From the sequence record NZ_CP013725.1: a DNA stretch of 64,000 bases; one strand, given 5' to 3'. The position numbers were made by a program, and so were the translations under genes. The notes under the pieces were generated by a model. That model did not search any database. It worked only from the letters and a program-made list of their open reading frames with translations, and was not told the DNA's origin. The stretch is from a plasmid. Positions 39,449 to 49,439 of this stretch are shown here, one piece after another (the stretch's first letter is position 1; each line of letters begins with the position of its first letter).

Positions 39449-41098
39449 ATGCTAGTGAACGATGCAATTTATACGTACTCCGCGGTGATCAATACAGTGG
39501 TGCACGAGGGATTAACTGCTTATCGTAAAAAAAATAGTCACGGCGTGATGGCCGTGCGTGATCACTTTGCAACGATCGAAGCAGCCAGTGTAAACCGGAA
39601 GGGCGTTCAATTTGTGGTTCGAGAGAAAAGCCACCTGCAAACGTCACGCGGCGTGCGCGGCTTTATCGTGACCAGCCAAGAAGCCTTGATCGCGGAAGCA
39701 GATCGGATCAGTCACTGGACACCGAATACATACCGAGTTGGTACTTACTCGGACCGAAATCGAAAATACATAAAAGGACACGAAGAAAAGAACTTGCAAC
39801 AAATCAACACGTTTGTGATCGATATCGATACGCAAAAAGTCGACGTGGCAAAAATGATCACGGCATCGATGCGTGTCTTGAATCAAACACCTACGTTCAT
39901 CTTGAAAACCGATCACGGCTTTCAAATGTACTTCGTATTAGAAACACCTAGCTTTGTTAGTAATGCGAATCAATTTAAATCGTTAAAAATCGCCAAAAGA
40001 ATTTCGCAAAACGTCAAATATGCGTTTGCGGAAGAGTTGCCAGCTGTCGATATTGGCTGCAATGACTTTGGTTTCTTTCGCGCGCCAAATACGCAGAATG
40101 TAGCCTTTTTAAACCTAGAAAGTCAATTCGATTTCCAGGAAATGATGGAATGGTCGAAAAGTTACAGTGATCAAAAACGGCGTTCGGTGCTTTCTTTGAT
40201 ACCGGAATCTTCAACTGCAGTCTTTGATGCGACCAAACAAGAATGGTTTTCCATCATGGCGAATCTAAAAAATGTACGTGGACGCAAAGGCCAATACGGC
40301 CGAAATAACGTTACATTTACGCTAGCCTTAGCTTGTTATGCTTCCGGTAAAAGTAAACAAGAAGCGACAGATTTGCTTGATCAGTTCAATGACACGCTGG
40401 AAGCACCATTGCGATTTAGGGAAATCGAAACATGTATTCGCAATGCATACTCGGGAAGATACCAGGGCGCAAATGCTGAAAAAATCAGCGATATCTTGCA
40501 GACGTATTGGAAATCTGAATACGAAATCAAGGGCTACACGCCATTTATCTTTGATGAAGCAGGTAAGGTTAAACCTCAATTCTTTAGAAAGCACAGGAAG
40601 AGTAGGGAAGAACGTACGTATTCGCATTTTAGCGAATGGGAAAAAGACTTAGAATGTTACATCGAGTCACAGCTGTTATCCGGACAAACTTTTTTAGAAC
40701 GTTCGCAGCGCTCGGTCGCTGAAGCATTAAAAATGCCTTATGCGACGCTAAAAAAAATACTGAAGCAATCGGATCGCATTATTAGCAGAGTGAACGGGAA
40801 GGGGAGAGCTGCCCAAACCCTTTTTTCTACAGTGGCCATCGTTGTGGAGCAAGCGATACGACACGCTTTGACAAAGAAAGCGGCAGAAAAAGAAGCATAC
40901 ATGGAATTTTTAGCGAGCTTTACGGATGCGGCACGACATGTGATTACATTGATCGAATCTACTGGTAAGTTATCGGAGGCATATAAGCCACCTGTGAGTT
41001 TGATTGGAAATGGGGATCGTACTGTCCAGCTGTCATTAAACCTACTGGGTAATGTCTACCGAAGGCGTAATAATAACGATTATAGACGAAGTAGTTAG
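39449..41098 (+). CDS. rep: Plasmid replication initiator with primase-like N-terminal region and PriCT-like domain (Rep)
   Basis: Position next to parAB and the iterons. NVTFTLALACYASGKSKQEATDLL matches primase C-terminal (PriCT-1)-type Rep proteins. Start taken at ATG 39449 after AAAGGAG. The ORF track extends to 39290. Confidence 0.65.
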   Translation: MLVNDAIYTYSAVINTVVHEGLTAYRKKNSHGVMAVRDHFATIEAASVNRKGVQFVVREKSHLQTSRGVRGFIVTSQEALIAEADRISHWTPNTYRVGTYSDRNRKYIKGHEEKNLQQINTFVIDIDTQKVDVAKMITASMRVLNQTPTFILKTDHGFQMYFVLETPSFVSNANQFKSLKIAKRISQNVKYAFAEELPAVDIGCNDFGFFRAPNTQNVAFLNLESQFDFQEMMEWSKSYSDQKRRSVLSLIPESSTAVFDATKQEWFSIMANLKNVRGRKGQYGRNNVTFTLALACYASGKSKQEATDLLDQFNDTLEAPLRFREIETCIRNAYSGRYQGANAEKISDILQTYWKSEYEIKGYTPFIFDEAGKVKPQFFRKHRKSREERTYSHFSEWEKDLECYIESQLLSGQTFLERSQRSVAEALKMPYATLKKILKQSDRIISRVNGKGRAAQTLFSTVAIVVEQAIRHALTKKAAEKEAYMEFLASFTDAARHVITLIESTGKLSEAYKPPVSLIGNGDRTVQLSLNLLGNVYRRRNNNDYRRSS

Positions 41099-41385
41099 CT
41101 TTTAAACTAATGGGCTCAATTGCCAATTACTTATTTCTAGTTACTAGGCCTGTTGTTCTTGACTATTTACTAGCGCTATATTTAGCTTGGGATATTGTTT
41201 TAGTATTTGTTTGTTATATCCTGAAAGTTGGGCTAATCTATATATGTTTTGTTTTTTAAAAAAATGATAGTATTTATTTATTTTTCTTTTTTGACATCGT
41301 TTGAATAAACCATTTGTATATTGGTAATACTATGTTTATGTAAGTTTAAAAGTATTTTTAGTCTTTTTGTTTTTTTAAAAAATAA

Positions 41386-41414
41386 TTGATTTGAGTCCAC
41401 TTTTATGGTATAAT
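41386..41414 (+). promoter_or_regulatory. Strong sigma-70-type promoter TTGATT-17-TGGTATAAT (extended -10)
   Basis: TTGATT at 41386, 17-nt spacer, TGnTATAAT at 41406-41414. Confidence 0.6.
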
Positions 41415-41861
41415 ATTAACAAAGGCTGATGTGTATTCTTAAAAAAATTAAGTTATCCATTGCTTTTAGAGAGAGTATGTTTTTTGTTTGTTTATGAACT
41501 TTAGACGGGAAAAGTTTTGAAAAAAAAGTTATTGACAATAAATTTTTTCTGAAGTATGGTTGAGTGGACATGAGCTGTGAGCTCTCATAAGGATTTTTGA
41601 ATGCAAAAAAAAAGGGCAACCACCTAAACCCTGGTAAGGTTTAGATGGCATGTAGCTCAAAATACAGCAGCAACTGTATTGAGAACCTAGCCCCAGATGT
41701 TGCACGACTTAACGTACAACTATTCTAATATATCATGAATTGACTTTTTCTGCTAGAAGAAAACTGGCACTGTATTTGGCTGTGAAATGCAGTATTAAGA
41801 ACTTCACGGATAAGTTGTTCCATATTTTTAGGATGATTTGTAGTTTGTGTTGTGTGATTGA

Positions 41862-41907
41862 AGGAGGAGTTAGTGATCTTAATTGGTCGCTAACTCCTTT
41901 TTTTATT
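41862..41907 (+). terminator. Rho-independent terminator (GGAGGAGTTAGTGA..TCGCTAACTCCTTTTTTTATT) sitting directly before the RBS of the next gene
   Basis: About 13-bp stem plus T7, then the RBS GGAGGGG and a start at 41960. Confidence 0.8.
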
Positions 41908-41959
41908 TGTTAGAGAGCAGCTTGTGCGCTATATTTATTATTTGTGGAGGGGATTTCAT

Positions 41960-42514
41960 TTGGGTAAAGTGCATGTGGTAAATAAAGTTCTAAACGAAGA
42001 TGAGTTATTAGCATTGGATTATGAAACCTATTGTAAGTTGTTTGATCGTTCCACATGGAAATTATCAGATGGTGTTGTAGTAAATATTCATACACAGCAA
42101 AAGGAGCCTCTTTCAAGTATTTATACGGATATCAAAAACATAAAAAATATGAAACAAGAAATCATTGCGAAACGAAAACAAAAGTATGGACCACTTTTAG
42201 TGACAAGTACCTTTTTTGAAGTAAATATAAGATCAATGAAAAAAAAGAAAATGGTAGAAAGCACCTATTTTCCAGTTCTCGATAGCAGAGGCAAGGACCC
42301 TACATATAATGATCTAACCATCTATAAGAAGCATTTACGAAGTAGTAAGCCTGTTTTAATGGGTGTGCCACTTCAAGCATTACCTTTTGAAAGTCAGGAA
42401 AAGTGTAAAGAATTCTTACTTGCACAGGGCTGTCGAGATATTCGTTTTTATGTGACCAAGCAATCTGTTCAAGTTGTAACGGATCGCCAAGAAGTCTTGG
42501 AAGCATTGCTTTAA
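41960..42514 (+). CDS. Hypothetical protein, preceded by a long leader with a terminator
   Basis: 184-aa ORF. TTG start 7 nt after GGAGGGG; a GTG at 41969 is an alternative. No recognisable domain. Confidence 0.45.
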   Translation: MGKVHVVNKVLNEDELLALDYETYCKLFDRSTWKLSDGVVVNIHTQQKEPLSSIYTDIKNIKNMKQEIIAKRKQKYGPLLVTSTFFEVNIRSMKKKKMVESTYFPVLDSRGKDPTYNDLTIYKKHLRSSKPVLMGVPLQALPFESQEKCKEFLLAQGCRDIRFYVTKQSVQVVTDRQEVLEALL

Positions 42515-42599
42515 TGAATAAAGATATCTATTCACGTTTGTCAATTAAAGCTTCTAAAAAGCTAATTTTATTAATTGACGTTTAACCAGGAGAGTGATG

Positions 42600-43010
42600 A
42601 ATAAACAGAATGACCAATTAAATATGTAGGGATGCCTCCCCTCCGGCGCATAATGGCACTAGTAATGCGTTCGGGTTTGATATTTCTTCCTGTCGTGAGA
42701 AGCGGTGAACCGTGGTAACCATCAGGTATAGTGCGCATTAGCAGATACACTTTGTATACTCGACTGCTATAGGGTTTTAGTGAGTTCCGACTGCCACAAA
42801 CTCACATGTTGCGAAACAAATTTTTAATTTGGAGTAGAGACGAGGCAAAAGGTTCTAAAATTGACGATTTGCATGGGAAAACGGGAAACCATAGTCAATT
42901 TAGTGTTCTAGCTTTCTGCGAGGAAGTAGCCAGAGAGTACCGTGACATTGCTTGATTTCATATTGGGAGCTTTTTTCTAATTGAAATACTCGGCGAGCAT
43001 AGAGTTTATA
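42600..43010. other. GC-rich (~47%) structured noncoding island in an AT-rich background. Candidate structured ncRNA or oriT-like region; contains TATAGTGCGCAT, resembling the MOBQ nic core AAGTGCGCCCT
   Basis: No ORF over 60 aa on either strand. Multiple stems, for example ATGCC..GGCGCAT. High local GC. Confidence 0.3.
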
Positions 43011-43105
43011 GGGGAACGACTGCTAAAAACCTATTGATAGAACCAATTCATTTTATTTTATTGATAAACGTGAGTAGATATCAACGTTCAGAAAGGGGAA
43101 TACGT

Positions 43106-43423
43106 ATGGAAAATTATTGGAAAAGATCACTTTATTATTTTAGGTTTGGACCATTCTTTTTTTTGAAGTATTTAAAAGGCTATCGTTTTTATATCATTTG
43201 GGAAAAAAAATTATTTCGAATCGATGGTTATCTAGATAACCATCGCCATTGTATGTGTACCGATGTAGAAACTAGATGGAGAAGGTTTGCTATTGAACAT
43301 GCAAATGATAGCAAGGATTCCACAAAATGGATTGTTCTTGCAAATCAAAAGTTGGTTTTCTATAAAAAATCGAATGAAAAACAGTTGCTTCAGAAAACAA
43401 TCGAAAAGGGCTGGAAATTTTAG
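43106..43423 (+). CDS. Hypothetical protein
   Basis: Start at ATG 43106 after GAAAGGGG. The ORF track extends to 43034. Confidence 0.4.
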   Translation: MENYWKRSLYYFRFGPFFFLKYLKGYRFYIIWEKKLFRIDGYLDNHRHCMCTDVETRWRRFAIEHANDSKDSTKWIVLANQKLVFYKKSNEKQLLQKTIEKGWKF

Positions 43424-43434
43424 GAGGTATTCAA

Positions 43435-43974
43435 ATGGACTACAGTGAATTATTTGATCGATTAGATAGTATCAATCGTAGGGTAATACATACGATGATA
43501 AGCAGTTCTAATGGTGTGGAATGCAGTACAAAAAATTTAGAAGATATTATTTACTTACTTGAAGTACTGGCAGAGGAACCAATCATTCATAATCCAGATG
43601 GATATGAAATTAAACGTATAGATCTTGATGGAAAAGCTACCCTATTACAAGAAGTGCTGCACCATGTTACCGATAATATACGAACGGTTCTAGATTATAT
43701 TAAAGGAACAGGCTTAATTGATTTTCTGTATCTAAAACAACTTGTCTTTTTAAAAGATGGTTTACATACCATTACGCTTCCAATAAATGATTTACCTAAA
43801 TTAAAAGGTGATCTGAACTATTTAGAGAGTATTTTTCTAACAGCTCATACAGCTGAGATTGACTGGTCGAAGCTTATTGATACGATCGAAGAATATCAAA
43901 ATATTCTTCTAGTGAGTGAAAAAATGAAAAATTTTGATCAGATACTTGATACTTACATAAAAGTTGCTTGTTAA
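43435..43974 (+). CDS. Hypothetical protein
   Basis: 179 aa. RBS TAGGAGG. Confidence 0.5.
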   Translation: MDYSELFDRLDSINRRVIHTMISSSNGVECSTKNLEDIIYLLEVLAEEPIIHNPDGYEIKRIDLDGKATLLQEVLHHVTDNIRTVLDYIKGTGLIDFLYLKQLVFLKDGLHTITLPINDLPKLKGDLNYLESIFLTAHTAEIDWSKLIDTIEEYQNILLVSEKMKNFDQILDTYIKVAC

Positions 43975-44029
43975 AACACAAAAATCTATACTTAAAGTGG
44001 GGAATTAAAACAGAAGGGAAGAAAGGGAT

Positions 44030-45007
44030 ATGAAAAAGAAAATTTCTATCATTGTTATCCTTGCAATCGCAGTTATCGCGGTCGCCTTCGGATCTATCGG
44101 TTATCAGCAGCATGTTGAAGCAGCAAACCGAGCAGCCGTTCAAAAGAAAGAGAATAAGGTGAAAAAGCAGGTCGAAGCATTATACCTCGATCCAACCGAA
44201 AAAAAGTTAGCGAAGCAGCTGACGAAGGAACAAATAAACAAAGCCAATCACGCTTTATCCTCCTTATCCGATAAGGAGCTGAAAAAGCAGCTGCAGGTAA
44301 AAGTAGATGATGTCAAAGACATGTATGCGGCAGAACAATCAATCACTACTTTATTAGATTCCAAATCGGTATTAAAGAATAAGGTTTCAGACGTGCAGTT
44401 TAAAAAAGTGAAACAGCTAATAGATAAGGTCCATTCGAGCAAAAAAGTATTCAAGCAATCGCTACATAAACGCTATCAAGCAGCTGAAAAACAATACAAG
44501 CAGATCGAACAACTGAAAATAGCGATCCAAAAAGCTTCTACTAAGTCCAACGTGGATTACAAAAAATATACACAACAAGTAAAAACAGTATCAAACAAGC
44601 AGGCAAAACAAGCTTTAAATAAATCTTTGCAAGCATTGAAAAAGAAAATCGATCACTATCAAGCAGAGCAATTGAAAAAAGAACAAGCAGCAAAGGAGAA
44701 AGAAGCACAACAACAAGCAGCTTCTTCTAAGCAACAAGTAGTTACATCAACACCAAGTTCACAGAATGGTGATAACTCTTCAAATGCTGGCTCTGGAGCT
44801 AAAAACAGCAACAGCAGCACGCCAAAAGGTGGTTCTTCCAACACTTCTAAATCAAGTAGTGGGAAGAATAACAGCAACGATAAACAATATATGAGTCAAA
44901 TAAATGGTATTATGGGCAATATAAATAAAGGAAATACTACTAAGAATGGTAGCGGAGATAATGGTACAGGTAATAGTTGGGATTCATACAAAGTAAATGA
45001 TAAATAA
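44030..45007 (+). CDS. Secreted Lys/Gln-rich coiled-coil protein with Ser/Asn/Gly-rich C-terminus
   Basis: Signal peptide MKKKISIIVILAIAVIAVAFGS. Terminator hairpin at 45007-45034. Confidence 0.6.
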   Translation: MKKKISIIVILAIAVIAVAFGSIGYQQHVEAANRAAVQKKENKVKKQVEALYLDPTEKKLAKQLTKEQINKANHALSSLSDKELKKQLQVKVDDVKDMYAAEQSITTLLDSKSVLKNKVSDVQFKKVKQLIDKVHSSKKVFKQSLHKRYQAAEKQYKQIEQLKIAIQKASTKSNVDYKKYTQQVKTVSNKQAKQALNKSLQALKKKIDHYQAEQLKKEQAAKEKEAQQQAASSKQQVVTSTPSSQNGDNSSNAGSGAKNSNSSTPKGGSSNTSKSSSGKNNSNDKQYMSQINGIMGNINKGNTTKNGSGDNGTGNSWDSYKVNDK

Positions 45008-45049
45008 GACAGCCATTGCGGCTGTCTTTTTTTGTTGGAGTGATAAATT

Positions 45050-45436
45050 ATGTTGCAAAATGATTTAAAAGTGTCTATTACTAACGTTGCTTCTACTGCA
45101 GCAAAGAATATCGCCAAGGCAATGAACGTGAAACAACCAGAGCTACACAGATTTACTGTTATACATCGGGATAGCCTTAGCATAATACTTATTAATTATC
45201 CGATTCAGCATTTGGAGTATAACTATATTAGCTACCTGGTTCGTTCTTTTGAAGCGGATGAAATAGAGGAGTTGATTATTATTACATCGGATATCCGTTT
45301 TATTCAAGATTCCATGCTTTGGATCGAGTTGAATAAATTTTTAGAGGAAGAAAATATACAAAATATACAAAAAGAGTATGAAGAAGAACTTGTTACTATA
45401 AAATCAAAAGGATGGTGTTTAAATGAATATATCTAG
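45050..45436 (+). CDS. Hypothetical protein
   Basis: 128 aa. RBS GGAGTGA. Confidence 0.45.
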   Translation: MLQNDLKVSITNVASTAAKNIAKAMNVKQPELHRFTVIHRDSLSIILINYPIQHLEYNYISYLVRSFEADEIEELIIITSDIRFIQDSMLWIELNKFLEEENIQNIQKEYEEELVTIKSKGWCLNEYI

Positions 45437-45583
45437 CTGGGTAGGAAAACGAATTACTGTGGAAGAACAAGATATGAAGTTGATTCAGGATCCAAAATTA
45501 ATTGCAATCAAACTGCGAACTCTTAAAAAGAAAGCACACATTTAAAAAGAAGTCGATAGCTCAATAAAGGAGGATGACCTACT

Positions 45584-45880
45584 TTGGTGGATTTTTTGAT
45601 TAAAATAGGTTTGGCACTATTAATCGTTTTAGCTTGTCACACGTATATTACAAATAATGTACGAACACGTTTTTTTAAGTGCTTAGTATTCCTTCTGTTT
45701 TTAATTATAGTAGCTCTTACAGTAAGACTAGCTATAGAATTTAGGTATTTCCAAATTGTAAAGGAAATATTGATAAGACCAACTATGCCTTCTAATTTTC
45801 TTACAATAATTGTAGATGGATTTGTAACTATAGTAACGGTCAGAGGTTTGAATTATGGAATAACTCATTTGTTAAAGTAA
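45584..45880 (+). CDS. Small membrane protein (hypothetical)
   Basis: 98 aa with 3 predicted TM segments. Terminator at 45906-45932. Confidence 0.45.
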   Translation: MVDFLIKIGLALLIVLACHTYITNNVRTRFFKCLVFLLFLIIVALTVRLAIEFRYFQIVKEILIRPTMPSNFLTIIVDGFVTIVTVRGLNYGITHLLK

Positions 45881-46055
45881 CACTAATAATCCACAAAACT
45901 ATGTAGACTAGCCAAAGGCTAGTCCTTTTTTTATGGAATAAAAAGGGGAGATACCTGGCTATTCCACCGAATGAATACAGAGGAGGTGTTGAGCTTGATT
46001 GTGTAACTGTTTCTCGTCCCTTTTGTCAAACCAATACAATGAAAAGGAGCAAATT

Positions 46056-46757
46056 ATGGGAAATTATGATGTAAGTTATGCACGTCGTCTTCACAAGCGG
46101 ACGAAAACGTGGCTTTTCCGTTTCGCAATGACGCTAGCTATCAGTACGCTTATCGCAACCCCGTTTCTCGTCCCTCATTCCGTTAGCGCGGCACAATCCA
46201 CTTCCACGAAAGGAACGGCTGCGGTTAAAGCTGGTGATCTGACGGCAAACTTTGCTGGGAATGTGATCGGTTCTTTTAGTGATACGATCGATCTTTCCAC
46301 CAATAAGAGTGGCAGTATCACCGCAAAACTCAATAATCTAACGGTACAAGATAGTACAGGAACAGGGCGTGGGTACGATGTTGTATTATCGGCCACTCAA
46401 TTAAAAGAAGTGACGCCAACTGGAGGGTTCAAAGCTGGGACAACAGCTAAAACTCTTCCAACGAAGTCACTTCAATTGAATGTTTCTGGATCGGAGCTGC
46501 AAGCAGCTTCGAATACGACATCCGTCAAGCCTGCTCTCCAAACCGGCAATAAAACGGTGGATGGCGACTCTGTTACTATTTTAAAGGCTGGGAAGAACGC
46601 TGGTCAAGGGCAATTTGATTATTCCTTTTCGGATCAATCGTTGACGCTTTTCTATGATCCAGCAACAACTCCTGCTGATCCAGTGAACTATCCGAGTCAA
46701 GATACACCTTATGAGACGACTGTTACAGTTGCTGTGGTGCAAGGACCTCAAAATTAA
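46056..46757 (+). CDS. WxL-domain cell-surface protein (small, CscB-like)
   Basis: Signal peptide. C-terminus DPVNYPSQDTPYETTVTVAVVQGPQN is shared with the large WxL protein at 47824 (DPYNYPNQETPYETTITATIVQGP). Start at ATG 46056 after AAAGGAG. Confidence 0.7.
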   Translation: MGNYDVSYARRLHKRTKTWLFRFAMTLAISTLIATPFLVPHSVSAAQSTSTKGTAAVKAGDLTANFAGNVIGSFSDTIDLSTNKSGSITAKLNNLTVQDSTGTGRGYDVVLSATQLKEVTPTGGFKAGTTAKTLPTKSLQLNVSGSELQAASNTTSVKPALQTGNKTVDGDSVTILKAGKNAGQGQFDYSFSDQSLTLFYDPATTPADPVNYPSQDTPYETTVTVAVVQGPQN

Positions 46758-46773
46758 AAGGAGGTGCTCTTCA

Positions 46774-47811
46774 ATGAAGCAATTTAGGAACAAGCATGTA
46801 TTTTCTTGCGTGCTTGTTTTTCTTTTACTGATTTCTGGATTTGGAGAAATCGCAAAGGCTGCAGAAACACCAACGCGTGATCTCGCCGTGACCCCTCTCT
46901 TTTCCAGTCATCAAAAGAAAAACGTGACCAATTATTTTTCCGTTTCTGGAACAGGAAAGCAAACTTTTCAGGCGCGTGTAACGAATACAAGCAAGCATAC
47001 CAAAACGATCCAGATCGAATTAACCGATGCGATCAGCACACAAACTGGTATTCAATATACGAAGGCCACCAAAGCACAAATCAAACCGGCGTATGCCTTA
47101 ACCAGTTACAGTAAGCACCCAAAACAAACGGTGACACTACAGCCAAGTGCGTCGAAGATCGTGAGCATATCGGCCACGATCCCCAAAGACCTGCAAGGAA
47201 CGATTTTAGGCGGTATTCACTATTATGAGGTAAGCAAAAACAAATCCTCTAAGACAGAGGGAAGCAACCACGTGTCGGTGCACGTGCATTACCAGCGCGA
47301 CTATGTGCTTGCTGTTGCCATACACGCTAGCCCACAAAAAGCAAAAGATGCGTTTTATTTTCAAGATGCGAGTTATTTAGTCTATCCTTCCGGCAGTGTC
47401 GTGAAAACGATCTTTACGAATGAAGCGCCTGCTATCACAGGAGCCAAACAATTTACCTATCGCGTGACCAAACGTGGCCGAGATACTACCTTGTTTCAAG
47501 GTAGCAGTAGTGAAATGAAAGCTGCGCCAATGACGACTGGTTATTTTGAATTCTCTTGGGGCGCAAAAAGTGTGCGTCCAGGAAACTATACGATCCATTT
47601 TTATGAGAATAAGAAGGAAGTTGCTTTTCGAGATTTTACGATTCCAGCTGCGAAAGTAGAACAGCTTGCCAAGCAAAATAATCAACCGATTGCGGACATC
47701 ACGCCGTGGTGGGTCATCGTTCTTTATATGATCGCCGGTGCTGTGATGGCGTTGCTTCTTTTCTATATCAGCAAAAAAGTGAAAGCGAAACAAGCCAAAA
47801 AAAACGAGTAG
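46774..47811 (+). CDS. DUF916/DUF3324-type cell-surface protein with C-terminal TM anchor (CscA-like, WxL-locus partner)
   Basis: Signal peptide. C-terminal WWVIVLYMIAGAVMALLLFYISKKVKAKQAKKNE anchor with a positively charged tail. Start at ATG 46774 after AAAGGAGG. Confidence 0.7.
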   Translation: MKQFRNKHVFSCVLVFLLLISGFGEIAKAAETPTRDLAVTPLFSSHQKKNVTNYFSVSGTGKQTFQARVTNTSKHTKTIQIELTDAISTQTGIQYTKATKAQIKPAYALTSYSKHPKQTVTLQPSASKIVSISATIPKDLQGTILGGIHYYEVSKNKSSKTEGSNHVSVHVHYQRDYVLAVAIHASPQKAKDAFYFQDASYLVYPSGSVVKTIFTNEAPAITGAKQFTYRVTKRGRDTTLFQGSSSEMKAAPMTTGYFEFSWGAKSVRPGNYTIHFYENKKEVAFRDFTIPAAKVEQLAKQNNQPIADITPWWVIVLYMIAGAVMALLLFYISKKVKAKQAKKNE

Positions 47812-47823
47812 GAGGAGAAAAAA

Positions 47824-49416
47824 ATGCGAATAGGCTGGCCAGTAATCAAATCGATTTTACTTGTATGGATGACCTTCGTTATTTTCACTCCCACGAGTGT
47901 CTTTGCGGCAAATGGAGGGGATTGGGTCAAGGCGAACTGGGAGAACTATCCCGACAATACGGGGCAATGGACAGTACTGACACGTAATAAGGTAACCAGT
48001 ATCGGAAGTACCCAAAATGTCAAATGGACTGGATTTCTCAATACAAAAGCCTTGAAAACGGTGGATGCCACCTTCGAGTATGATTTTGTCCATGATGATC
48101 CCAATAATAAAGATACCGACAATGATATGATCGGCTGGACGTTTCGACATACTAGTTCGACCAATAATTTTAATGACATCACGAAACAAAGCTTCTACTA
48201 TGTGACGTTCCGTGGACCATATGATGGCGGCGGTACCGCACCAAGCCGTTCAGGAGTCTTCAAAAATGCGTCTGGCTTAGAACCTCGCTTCAATAACGAT
48301 ACGGACAATACTACGCCTGCTGTTGGCGAAGGAAGGAATGATTTTAAGCTCCTTCAAGGAATCAGCCTGATCTGGGCGGATAAAAAAACGTATCATGTGA
48401 AGATCACTGTCAAAGATGAAGCAGCTGGTACCCGAATCCAAGTGTGGGTTGATGGTAAAAGTTATGCCAATGTATTAGATAAAGAGCCCCTGCCGATTGG
48501 TGGTTATGGACCATACACTTACAGTCAAGCACACGCTTATTTTTCGAACATCGAGATAAACGGTGCATCGTTTTTGAATACACCTCCTGTTTTCACAAGA
48601 AGTAGCCCAGCAGATAATACCGTTTTTCGAAATAATCAAGCGATCCCAATCAAAGGGACGATGTCGGATAGCGATGCGACCGGAACGATCGCCGCTTATT
48701 ATGCGATCGACAATCCGGACGCAAAACAAGTTATCCAAACTGCAGCGAGTACCGGAAAAAATGTTTCGGTAAGTGGGCAAGTTCCGGTCGCCACCGTCCA
48801 AAACTTAAAGCTAGGGAAGCATATGCTGTATGTCTGGTCAGAAGATAGTGAAAAAGCAGTGTCGGACAAGGTAGCCATTCCGATCGTGATCAAAGATGGA
48901 CAACTCGCAATCAATTGGCAAGGAAGTAGCTTTTCCTTTTCCACGATCGATCTAACCACGGGAAAAGACGGCCAAGTAACCACTACCTTACCAAAACTAC
49001 TTTTACAAGATGGAACTGATAGCAATAAAGGATATAGCGTAAGCATCCAAGCGACTCCTTTGAAAGAAGTAACACCAAAAAATGGGTATGTGACCGGCAC
49101 GAGTGCACGTAGCTTTCCTTCTGGTACGTTACAGCTGAAGACAACCGGTAAAGAAGCGATCACGCTGGGAGATCAAGGAACGAAAGATAACCAGCCGAAC
49201 ATCCCTGCAGGCAACTATACGATTGATGCCACACCGGTGACAGTTATTCCGGGAAAAGCTAACGCAGGATCTGGTATTTATACCGTATCCTTCATCGCGA
49301 ATAGCCTTTCCCTCAACTATCAGTTGAAAAACGTGTTTGCCGATCCCTACAATTATCCAAACCAAGAGACTCCTTATGAAACCACCATAACAGCAACCAT
49401 CGTACAAGGCCCATAA
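47824..49416 (+). CDS. Large WxL-domain surface protein (CscC-like)
   Basis: Signal peptide. C-terminal WxL-type region homologous to 46056-46757. Confidence 0.7.
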   Translation: MRIGWPVIKSILLVWMTFVIFTPTSVFAANGGDWVKANWENYPDNTGQWTVLTRNKVTSIGSTQNVKWTGFLNTKALKTVDATFEYDFVHDDPNNKDTDNDMIGWTFRHTSSTNNFNDITKQSFYYVTFRGPYDGGGTAPSRSGVFKNASGLEPRFNNDTDNTTPAVGEGRNDFKLLQGISLIWADKKTYHVKITVKDEAAGTRIQVWVDGKSYANVLDKEPLPIGGYGPYTYSQAHAYFSNIEINGASFLNTPPVFTRSSPADNTVFRNNQAIPIKGTMSDSDATGTIAAYYAIDNPDAKQVIQTAASTGKNVSVSGQVPVATVQNLKLGKHMLYVWSEDSEKAVSDKVAIPIVIKDGQLAINWQGSSFSFSTIDLTTGKDGQVTTTLPKLLLQDGTDSNKGYSVSIQATPLKEVTPKNGYVTGTSARSFPSGTLQLKTTGKEAITLGDQGTKDNQPNIPAGNYTIDATPVTVIPGKANAGSGIYTVSFIANSLSLNYQLKNVFADPYNYPNQETPYETTITATIVQGP

Positions 49417-49439
49417 ATGTAGAAAGGAGGAGTGAGAAG

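Noticed and set aside
40328-40652. ORFs antisense to or out of frame with the rep gene (40014-40214, 40328-40627, 40338-40652)
   Set aside because: They lie inside a gene with coherent protein-level motifs and have no start signals.
41429-41497. 22-codon ORF MCILKKIKLSIAFRESMFFVCL as a pheromone-inhibitor (iCF10/iAD1-like) precursor gene
   Set aside because: The RBS spacing is only 3 nt. The peptide has charged residues (R, E) inside the would-be hydrophobic tail and does not match the M-basic-hydrophobic pattern. No divergent traA/prgX-like repressor gene is present.
42700-43010. Group II intron or T-box leader
   Set aside because: The GTGCGC at 42728 resembles a GUGYG 5' splice motif, but there is no domain V consensus, no intron-encoded protein, and only ~300 nt are available. 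No AGGGUGGNACCGCG T-box sequence is present.
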